From Verrucomicrobiota bacterium (lineage in GTDB: Bacteria; Verrucomicrobiota; Verrucomicrobiia; Chthoniobacterales; SZAS-18), in contig JAFEGM010000074.1 in the NCBI GenBank assembly GCA_018240025.1, forward strand, positions 11,811 through 43,810: a DNA stretch of 32,000 nucleotides. Reading direction: 5' to 3'. Below the pieces are notes generated by a model that made no database searches, had not been told where the DNA came from, and saw nothing but the letters and a program-made list of their open reading frames with translations. The position numbers and the translations under genes were made by a program. Shown here piece after piece: positions 15,243-22,371 of this stretch (the stretch's first letter is position 1; the number at the start of each line of letters is the position of its first letter).

Positions 15243-16484
15243 TCAAATCGCCTTCACGACGAGCGTCGCATTGTGGCCGCCGAAGCCGAAGCTGTTGCTC
15301 ATGCAAACCTTCAGCTGCTTCTCGCGCGCCACCTTCGGTACGTAGTCGAGATCGCACTCGGGATCGGGCTCCTCGAGGTTGATGGTCGGCGGGATGACGC
15401 CGTGCTGCATGCCGAGCAGGCAGGCGATCAACTCCACGCCGCCGGCGGCGCCGAGGGTGTGGCCGGTCATCGACTTGGTCGAGCTCACGGCCAGCTTCTT
15501 CACGTCCTCGCCGAAGGCCAGCTTGATGGCCTTGGTCTCGGCGATGTCGCCCAGGCCGGTCGAGGTGGCGTGGGCGTTGAGATAATCGACCTCGGCCGGC
15601 GTGATGCCGGCGTGCTTCATGGCCATGCGCATGGCCGCGGCCGCGCCGGAGCCGTCGGGCGTGGGCGAGGTCATGTGGAAGGCGTCGCAGCTGACGCCGT
15701 AGCCAGCCAGCTCGGCGTAGATCTTGGCGCCGCGCCTCCTGGCGTGCTCGTATTCCTCCAGCACCACCACGCCGGCGCCCTCGCTGAGGACGAATCCGTC
15801 GCGGTCCTTGTCCCACGGACGCGAGGCGCGCTGCGGATCGTCGTTGCGCATGGAGAGCGCCTTCATGTTGCCGAAGCCGGAGAGTCCGAGCGGGGCGATG
15901 GCCGCCTCGGCGCCGCCGGCCAGGAACATGTCGGCATCGCCGAACTTAATCGTGCGCCAGGCCTCGCCGATGGTGTTGTTGGCGGTCGCGCAGGCGGTCA
16001 CGATGCTCATGTTCGGTCCGCGCAGGCCCCATTCCATCGCCACCAGGCCGCTGCCCATGTTGGCGATCATCATGGGGATCATGAATGGCGAGACGCGGCC
16101 GGGACCCTTTTGGATGAGATTGGTGTGCTGATCCTCGATGCTCTTGAGGCCGCCGATGCCGCTGCCGAGGAAGCAGCCGATGCGATCCTTGTCGAGCCCC
16201 TCGAATTCGCCCAGACCGGCGTCGGCCGCGGCCAGCTTGGAGGCAGCCATGAGCAGCTGGCTGTAGCGGTCCGCCCGGCGGGTGTCCTTGGCGACCTTGA
16301 AATACTTCGACGGCTCGAAGTTCTTCACCTCGCCGCCGATCTTGCAGTCGTAGCCGGTCGTGTCGAAGAGCGTGATGCGGTCGATGCCGCTCTGGCCCGT
16401 GCTGATGGCCTGCCAGAAAGTCTGCGGGTCACTGCCCACGGGTGAGAGGATGCCGATGCCAGTGATGACGACGCGACGATTCAT
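15243..16484 (-). CDS. fabF: 3-oxoacyl-ACP synthase II
   Basis: This is a 413-aa ORF beginning MNRRVVITGIGILSPVGS. It shows the active-site Cys context IVTACATANN, HMTSP and NAHATST for the His-His pair, and a C-terminal SNSFGFGGHNATLV. All are typical of KAS II. Confidence 0.92.
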   Translation of the reverse strand: MNRRVVITGIGILSPVGSDPQTFWQAISTGQSGIDRITLFDTTGYDCKIGGEVKNFEPSKYFKVAKDTRRADRYSQLLMAASKLAAADAGLGEFEGLDKDRIGCFLGSGIGGLKSIEDQHTNLIQKGPGRVSPFMIPMMIANMGSGLVAMEWGLRGPNMSIVTACATANNTIGEAWRTIKFGDADMFLAGGAEAAIAPLGLSGFGNMKALSMRNDDPQRASRPWDKDRDGFVLSEGAGVVVLEEYEHARRRGAKIYAELAGYGVSCDAFHMTSPTPDGSGAAAAMRMAMKHAGITPAEVDYLNAHATSTGLGDIAETKAIKLAFGEDVKKLAVSSTKSMTGHTLGAAGGVELIACLLGMQHGVIPPTINLEEPDPECDLDYVPKVAREKQLKVCMSNSFGFGGHNATLVVKAI

Positions 16485-16539
16485 GAGGGATCGTGAATGA
16501 GGTTGGTTGGCCGCGACCGGGGGGAGGTGCGGGGCGGGA

Positions 16540-17379
16540 TCATGGGCCGGAACCGGCCTCCCGTCCAGACGCTGACGCAGCTTCGTGGCCGGGCATCACT
16601 GTGAGCGAAAGCTCGTATTTACTGGCTCCGAGCGGCGCGAGCTCCGGGCCGAAGCGCTGCTCGACCATGGTGGCGTGACCCTCCCGGGAGAGCAGCAGCA
16701 CCGTGCTGGCCCGGGTGCCGTAGCGCTCGCCGCGGATCGCGACGGGCGAGAGGAACCGCTCGAGTTCGAGTCCCACGCCGGTCTGGGGCAGGTCCGCGTC
16801 GGCGGCGCGGGCTTCGTCGGCCAGGAGCGCGAAAGGCGGCTCGAGCGGTGGGGAACCTGCCGCGGGGTCGTCGGCCGCGAGCCAGGCGCCGAGCGCGCTG
16901 CGGGCGCGCCGGACTTTGGGCCAGTCGGCGGTGAGCGCGCCGTTGGACAGCGCGTGCAGGCCCGGCTCGAGTCGCTGCCAAGCGGGCGCGGGATGGTTGG
17001 TAACGTAAACGGCTTCGCGTCCCGCGCAGAGCACGAGATTGAAAGGTCGATAGTCCGCGGCACGCCGCAGCAGCGCCTCGGCGTGAACGACCGGAGACTG
17101 GTCGCCGCGGAGGAAATCGCGCGTCAGCCAGCCGCGCGACAGCTGCCCACGCTCGGCCCCGGACGGCAGCCGGACGTTCGTCACCGCCGCCATTCGGCCG
17201 CTGCGCGTGAACCCGAGCCAGGTACCGCCGCCCTCCAGATCGCGGCCCGCCAGCACTTCGGGCGCGTCCTCCCACCAGCCGAGCGGCGCGGAGGGTCGGG
17301 CGTGGAATTCGTCGCGATTGGCCGCCAGCACGAGGGGCCAGGCCGGATGCTGCTGCCAGGCCAGGACGATGAGACACAT
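16540..17379 (-). CDS. NRDE-family (TANGO2-like) protein
   Basis: This is a 279-aa ORF. MCLIVLAW...LVLAANRDEF...GGTWLG is the signature N-terminus of the NRDE/TANGO2 family. The gene starts 12 nt after the stop of the upstream nuclease-FtsK gene. Confidence 0.8.
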   Translation of the reverse strand: MCLIVLAWQQHPAWPLVLAANRDEFHARPSAPLGWWEDAPEVLAGRDLEGGGTWLGFTRSGRMAAVTNVRLPSGAERGQLSRGWLTRDFLRGDQSPVVHAEALLRRAADYRPFNLVLCAGREAVYVTNHPAPAWQRLEPGLHALSNGALTADWPKVRRARSALGAWLAADDPAAGSPPLEPPFALLADEARAADADLPQTGVGLELERFLSPVAIRGERYGTRASTVLLLSREGHATMVEQRFGPELAPLGASKYELSLTVMPGHEAASASGREAGSGP

Positions 17380-17391
17380 GCGGCGCAGGGA

Positions 17392-19599
17392 CTAGAACGG
17401 CAGACCGCGGTACGCTGTGCCTCCGCCCTGCCACAGCTGCAGAAATTCCTCCTGCTCGAGGAACGGTGCCTGCACGCGCTCGGTGCCGAAGCCGCGCTGG
17501 CAGAAAAGGTCGCCGCGGCCGAGCAGCGCCTCCGCGCCGGACTCGTCGAGCACGATCTGCGAATTCACCTGATTGGTCACGCGCAGGCAGAAACGCAGCG
17601 GCAGATTCGCCTTCAGGCCGCCGGTGACCACGTTGCGGTCGGGCCGCTGGGTGGCGAGGAGCACGTGCACGCCGGCGGCGCGGCCCTTGGCGGCGATGCG
17701 GCGGGCGAGACGCTCGAAATCGGCCCGCGCGGTGCGGTCCTCGTCCGCCATGAGATCGGCAAACTCGTCCACCACGATGAGGTGGTGCGGGATGTCGCGC
17801 CGCCCTTCCAGCCACCGATCGGAGAGTTTGACCAAATTCTCCGCCAGGAGCTGATCGTAGCGCTGGTCCATGTCGTCGGCCGCCGCGGCGAGACGCTCGC
17901 GCGCCTCGGCCACGTCGAAGACCACCGGCCCGCTCAGGAACGCGCTGTCGCGGATGTTGCCAAAGGTCACGCGCTTGGGATCGATGAGCGTGATGCGCAG
18001 CGACTCGGGCGTATTGCGGGCCAGCAGCGAGGCCAGCACCGCCTTGAGGAACTCGCTCTTGCCGCTGCCGGCCACGCCTGCCACGAGGCCCTGCGCCTGG
18101 TTCGAGTCGCCGAAATCGCAGATGATCGTTTCGCCGTTCACGCCCACGCCCGCCGCGAAGGCCAGCGGGCTGGGATGCCGCTGCAGCGCCTCGCTGTCGC
18201 GCACGCGGCTCCACGGCACGAGTTCGGGACGGTCACGCAGGACGTCGACGAAGACGCAGCCCGGTCCCGCCGAGATGAGCGGCTCCTGCGCGAGCGAGAG
18301 TTGGATGCGCAGATTGACCGCATTCGACTGGATGCGCCGAAACGTCGTGCCCGGGCCGAGCTTGATGCGGTAGCGGACCAACTGCGGCGCCGACTGCTGC
18401 CCGAGCACCGAAGAACGCACGCCATAGCTCGCCAGCGCCTCGACGATGCGCAGCCCGAGGTCCTTCGCGAACGAGGGCGTGACCGGCGCGCGCGGCGGGT
18501 CAGCGGGCCCTCCCATTCCGCCAGCGGGTCCGCCCATTCCCATTCCCATTCCTCCTCCCACTCGAGGCGTGGAGGCGGGTGATGGGGTGACTGGTGACGG
18601 GGTGACTGGTGACGGGGTGACTGGTGACGGGGTGACGGCGGGAGTGAGAGTGGGAGTGGGAGTGGGGCTCACCAGCGCGACGGCGGCGATGGCGGTGGCG
18701 GCCACGGGGGCCGGCGGCTCGGTCCGGGCGGGCAGCACGGCTGGCTCGGACGCGGCAGGTTCCAGCGTCGTCAGCCCCGGCAGTTCGGGCTGCGCGGGCG
18801 GCGCGACGAGTTTCGGGGGCGTGGGTGGAGTCGGCTTGCGCGGAGCGGGCGCGAGGCGCGTTTTCCGGGGCCGGATCGGCGGCGCGGTAGCCAGGGCGAT
18901 GCGCTCGAGCACGGGCTGCACGACAAACTGGAAGAGGACGTGCGATTCCTCGGCCGAGCGATCGAGCGAGCGCAGCGCGGGCTCGTAATACTCGAGTCGC
19001 GCGCCGAACTCGAGACCCGGGCGCGCGAGACGCAGCATTTCGGAATAGATCGCGATCTGCAGCAGATCGTGCTGAAGGCTGGCGCCCTGGGTCGTTTTGT
19101 AATCGACCACCACCAGGCCGCCCTCGCGCGTGCGCCGCACGAGATCGGGCCGGCCGCTCAGTTGGACCGGGCCACAATCGGTCGGCACGGTGACCGACTG
19201 CAGCTGATATTCCGCCGTCAGCAGCAGTCCGCTCCAAGGCACCGCCACCGCGCTCCGCTCCTCGGCCAGCGAGTGGCACCAATGGCGCACGCAGGTGGCC
19301 AGCGCATGGGCGGCGGCGGGGGACTGCGTGCGGCCAACCTCCGCCACGCGCGCGTAGGCCACGCGTTCCCAGCACATCTGCCAGAGCGGGAGCGGACCGT
19401 CGAGCGCCTCGGCCTCGCCGGCATTGGCGGGCTGGGTCAGCCAGCCGGCGAAGTCCTGCGCGATGCGGTGGAACGGCGCACCGATGGCCGCGCCAGCGCC
19501 CGACCGCGTCGGCGGCGGGGGCGTGAGCTTCGGGTCTTCCACCCAGCGCTGGAGCCATTCGGCATCCACGCAGGCGTGACGCAGTTGGGTGACGGTCAT
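17392..19599 (-). CDS. RecB/Cas4-like PD-(D/E)XK nuclease domain fused, via a long Pro/Thr/Ser-rich linker, to an FtsK/SpoIIIE-type DNA translocase ATPase (no TM segments, no gamma domain)
   Basis: The track ORF is 17392..19692. The likely start is ATG at 19599 (MTVTQLRHA), which forms an ATGA overlap with the upstream stop; an alternative ATG lies at 19608. The N-terminal region shows SGRPDLV, LVVVDYKT and LQIAIY, corresponding to nuclease motifs II, III and QxxxY (19045..19155). The C-terminal region shows the FtsK alpha/beta-like LVRYRIKLGPGTTFRRI, Walker A GLVAGVAGSGKSEF (18055..18078), LIDPKRV, Walker B HHLIVVDEFADLM (17755..17781) and LLATQRPD. Confidence 0.8.
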   Translation of the reverse strand: MTVTQLRHACVDAEWLQRWVEDPKLTPPPPTRSGAGAAIGAPFHRIAQDFAGWLTQPANAGEAEALDGPLPLWQMCWERVAYARVAEVGRTQSPAAAHALATCVRHWCHSLAEERSAVAVPWSGLLLTAEYQLQSVTVPTDCGPVQLSGRPDLVRRTREGGLVVVDYKTTQGASLQHDLLQIAIYSEMLRLARPGLEFGARLEYYEPALRSLDRSAEESHVLFQFVVQPVLERIALATAPPIRPRKTRLAPAPRKPTPPTPPKLVAPPAQPELPGLTTLEPAASEPAVLPARTEPPAPVAATAIAAVALVSPTPTPTLTPAVTPSPVTPSPVTPSPVTPSPASTPRVGGGMGMGMGGPAGGMGGPADPPRAPVTPSFAKDLGLRIVEALASYGVRSSVLGQQSAPQLVRYRIKLGPGTTFRRIQSNAVNLRIQLSLAQEPLISAGPGCVFVDVLRDRPELVPWSRVRDSEALQRHPSPLAFAAGVGVNGETIICDFGDSNQAQGLVAGVAGSGKSEFLKAVLASLLARNTPESLRITLIDPKRVTFGNIRDSAFLSGPVVFDVAEARERLAAAADDMDQRYDQLLAENLVKLSDRWLEGRRDIPHHLIVVDEFADLMADEDRTARADFERLARRIAAKGRAAGVHVLLATQRPDRNVVTGGLKANLPLRFCLRVTNQVNSQIVLDESGAEALLGRGDLFCQRGFGTERVQAPFLEQEEFLQLWQGGGTAYRGLPF
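18584..18636 (-). repeat. In-frame 15-bp tandem repeat (GGGGTGACTGGTGAC x3 plus a partial copy on the + strand) encoding (VTPSP)n in the linker of the nuclease-FtsK gene
   Basis: I read this directly. The adjacent short repeats GAGTGG x3 and CCATTC x3 encode PTPTPT and GMGMGMG. Confidence 0.85.
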
Positions 19600-21617
19600 C
19601 CGCGCCATAGGAGAACGGTCATGGCGGGACTCGCAATGACCTCGAGACTGGTGAGTTCGCCCGCCGCATGGACCACCGCGGCCGGATCCCACGGCGCGCC
19701 GAGGCGCTGGGCGGCGTCACTCGCGGAGAGGAATTTCTCCGCCCGCAGCAATTCCTCCAGGCGACCCGCGTGGAGCGAAGCCTGCGCTCCGGGCGGGCCG
19801 GATGGGCGGGCCTCGACGGGGCCGAGAATGCGCTCGCGCCACGGCGTGAGCCGGACGCGCAGGAACTCGAGCACCGCAGCGCTGTCGTGGCCATCGATGT
19901 TGCCGGCCTCCGACTCGAGGAACATCTGCCGCGCGGCGTAAAGCTCGGCCGTCTCCGTCGGAGTCAATTGCAGCAGATGCAGGCCGTGATGCTGGGCGGC
20001 GCGAACCTTGGGGCCATTGATCTGCCAGGTGGCGCGCGGCACATCGTCGAGCTCGGGCGTGCGGAAGACCACGATCTTGGCCGGTCGGCGCGGGCCCGAG
20101 GCGGGCGGAAGCACGCGGCGCGCGAGGCGCCCCCATTTTACGTGCGACCAGCCGAAGCCGAAGGTGAAATCGATCGGCCCGCGCGCCGCCTTCGGCCAGC
20201 GCAGTTCGACGAGGCCCTCGACGTCGTCGGCGTCGACGCACGCATCCGCCGTGGGCGCGAGCGGCCCGCGCAGCAGCCAGCGGAACGGATCGGGCGCGAA
20301 GGCCAGCTGCTTCGGACTCGCCTCCATGCGGGCGCGGAACTCGGCGAAGACCTCCTCCAGGCTGGGCGGTGGCGGCAGTTCGGCGCCATCGGCCCAACGC
20401 ACCTGGCAGAGCTTGAGGAACTCGCGCGGACCGAGCGTGGCGCGCTGGGAAGGAAACAGCTTCTCGAGCCAGCGCGGATCGGCGAATTTCTCCGCCACCG
20501 CCGGCTCCACCGACCAGGGCGCCAAGCGCAGGCTGATCAGCTCCCCCGCCTGCTCGCGCTGCAGACCTTCGAGCAGGAGCCCGCGACCGAAGCGATCGTG
20601 ATGCGCGGCATCGACCTCCGGCCAGACGCGGCGATCCCAGACGTCCTTGTTCGCGGTCACCACCGTCATCTGGTTGCGGTGTTCGTTGACCAGTCGCGCC
20701 ACCACGAAGCCGAACATGGCGGCCAGCCGCGGCGAGGTGCCGTAGTCTTCGGTCTGGTCGAAGCAGAAGAACCAGGGTCGATGAAAGCGTGCGAGGGCGC
20801 AGAGATCGTGAATGCGGTGGTGCGCCAGGCTGTTGAGCGCCTCCTCGCTTTCCGGCTGCATCGTGTCGATGACGCTCAGCCCGAGCGCCTCGCGCTCGTC
20901 GTCCTCCAGCGCCTCGCCGCGCATCCACGCCAGACACGCCGAGGCCGCGGCGGTGCCGGGTGCGTGCGTCAGCCAGGTGGTCAGCACCCGCAGCCAGGCC
21001 GTGCTGCGCAGCCGCGCCTGTCCCGGCTGGCGGTCGAGCTCAGCCGTCAAAATGCGGTGGTCGTGATACGCGACGTCGAGCAGCCATTCCTCCACCTGCC
21101 GCCAGGGCCGGCGCAGGTCCCACCAGTCGTGCGCGATGAGCGCGTCCCCGATCGCCTCCCAATTCTCCGGCCGCTCCAGCTCGCCATGGGCCAATGCGCT
21201 GGCGGTGACGGCGCGCAGCACGCGCTGGGCGAGGAGATCGAGCTGCGTGACCGCCTCGTTCGTCGCTTCCGGCTGGCGCAGTTCATTGACCGCCTGCAGG
21301 AGCAGCGAGTGCCAGCACAGCGAGGGGGCCTGGAACGGCTGCACCCAGACGAGCGTGGCCCGGCCCGCCAGCGCGGCGAAAAGACGCGTGATGAGATGGC
21401 TCTTGCCGTAGCCCGGCGCCGAGGAGAGCACGAGCGTGGCCGGGGCGGCGACCTGGTCGCGATCGCCCGGCAGCGCCTGGGCCAGCGGTTCGAAGGCGGC
21501 CAGCACCCGCTCGAAGACGTCGCGGTTGAGCGAATCGACCGAGGGCGGGCGCTCGCGCGGACCGGCCACGATGTGGTGGGCGAAGGGGTTGACCGGAAGA
21601 TCGACGGGCGGCGGCAT
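19596..21617 (-). CDS. Large P-loop NTPase (AAA_16 / Arch_ATPase / ORC-Cdc6-like or STAND-like), 673 aa, with a C-terminal winged-helix-like tail
   Basis: The true start is ATG at 21617 (MPPPVDLPVNPFAHHIVAGP). The track ORF starts at 22205, but that part is an Arg/Ser-rich out-of-frame overlap of the upstream gene. Walker A is LVLSSAPGYGKSHLITRL (21396..21422). A distal Walker B-like motif is PWFFCFDQTED. LLLEGLQREQAGELI resembles the L.L.pL..eea segment of AAA_16 ATPases. The stop TGA at 19598..19596 overlaps the next gene's ATG. Confidence 0.7.
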   Translation of the reverse strand: MPPPVDLPVNPFAHHIVAGPRERPPSVDSLNRDVFERVLAAFEPLAQALPGDRDQVAAPATLVLSSAPGYGKSHLITRLFAALAGRATLVWVQPFQAPSLCWHSLLLQAVNELRQPEATNEAVTQLDLLAQRVLRAVTASALAHGELERPENWEAIGDALIAHDWWDLRRPWRQVEEWLLDVAYHDHRILTAELDRQPGQARLRSTAWLRVLTTWLTHAPGTAAASACLAWMRGEALEDDEREALGLSVIDTMQPESEEALNSLAHHRIHDLCALARFHRPWFFCFDQTEDYGTSPRLAAMFGFVVARLVNEHRNQMTVVTANKDVWDRRVWPEVDAAHHDRFGRGLLLEGLQREQAGELISLRLAPWSVEPAVAEKFADPRWLEKLFPSQRATLGPREFLKLCQVRWADGAELPPPPSLEEVFAEFRARMEASPKQLAFAPDPFRWLLRGPLAPTADACVDADDVEGLVELRWPKAARGPIDFTFGFGWSHVKWGRLARRVLPPASGPRRPAKIVVFRTPELDDVPRATWQINGPKVRAAQHHGLHLLQLTPTETAELYAARQMFLESEAGNIDGHDSAAVLEFLRVRLTPWRERILGPVEARPSGPPGAQASLHAGRLEELLRAEKFLSASDAAQRLGAPWDPAAVVHAAGELTSLEVIASPAMTVLLWRG

Positions 21618-21621
21618 GGCG

Positions 21622-22302
21622 TCAGCTTCCGGGGGGTGGCGCGAGGCGGACGTAGAGCCGCGGGACGCCGAGATGTTCGATGGCTGCGGCCCGTTCCTCC
21701 GCGGTCGCGTCGGGCCAGTTGCCGGTCTCGAGCGAACCCCAGCCTTCAGCCACGACCCGGCGTCGGATCCACGCCTGCACTTCGGCCAGCGGGTGCCCGC
21801 ATTCGGCCACCAGCGCGGCGAGGCGGACCGCGGCGAGTCCGTCGCGGGCCTGCAGGCGCCGATACGCCGAGAGCAGGTCGGTCTCCAGCGCGCCACTCGC
21901 GGCGGCCGGCACCGGTGCCGCCGGGGCGCGCCCGATGTGGCGGGCGTGCAGATAGAGAAATTCCAATTTCGCATCGGACTGCACCTCGAAGCGCAGCACG
22001 CGCCGGGCGGCCCACAGATCCTCGAGGGCCGCGTCGAAGGCCGGATGCGCCACGCGCCCGCCCTTGAGCGTCTGGCGCTTGAACAGCTTGGGCGTGGCCG
22101 CGAGGACCGCTTCGAGACGCTGCGCGAGGGCCGCGCGGCTTTCGAAAATCTGGGTGCCGCGCTGCACCACCAGGCCCTCAGCCAGCAGCTCGGCCAGCGC
22201 GGCACGACGTGGCTGACTGCGGCATTCCGTCAACGGGCAGCGCCCGCGCGGCTCGAGGAGTTCGAGCAGGCGGGCCCGCGGAGACGGCGTTGGCTTGGCC
22301 AT
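21622..22302 (-). CDS. Small hypothetical protein (226 aa) with two winged-helix-like segments; first gene of the three-gene module
   Basis: The likely start is ATG at 22302 (MAKPTPSPRARLLELLEPRG); the track start at 22344 is TTG. Helix-rich segments RARLLELLE...AALAELLAEGLVVQRG and LAAVRLAALVAECGHPLAEVQAWIRRRVVAEGWG look wHTH-like by eye only. I recognised no catalytic motif. The stop codon is 4 nt before the next ATG. Confidence 0.5.
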   Translation of the reverse strand: MAKPTPSPRARLLELLEPRGRCPLTECRSQPRRAALAELLAEGLVVQRGTQIFESRAALAQRLEAVLAATPKLFKRQTLKGGRVAHPAFDAALEDLWAARRVLRFEVQSDAKLEFLYLHARHIGRAPAAPVPAAASGALETDLLSAYRRLQARDGLAAVRLAALVAECGHPLAEVQAWIRRRVVAEGWGSLETGNWPDATAEERAAAIEHLGVPRLYVRLAPPPGS

Positions 22303-22371
22303 GGAGATGAGTGCGTTCCTGTCCGAAGCGGCACACCCGATCAAGGAGGATTTCTTGCGTGTCCGTCACGA

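Noticed and set aside
15216-18582. 409-aa (+) ORF antisense to fabF, and 665-aa (+) and 531-aa (-) ORFs over the NRDE and FtsK region
   Set aside because: They have the same shadow-ORF composition. The annotated frames contain the KAS II, NRDE and FtsK Walker motifs.
21618-22205. Upstream 196 codons of the 869-aa track ORF, considered as the N-terminus of the NTPase
   Set aside because: The sequence is low-complexity Arg/Ser/Trp/Pro and overlaps the better-looking 226-aa gene in another frame. ATG 21617 sits 4 nt after that gene's stop and gives a sensible N-terminus.
17392-22371. Mobile-element or prophage origin for the three-gene module
   Set aside because: I saw no integrase, transposase, tRNA, flanking direct repeats or obvious compositional shift. 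The flanks are ordinary chromosomal genes. An island origin cannot be supported from this window, although it is not excluded.
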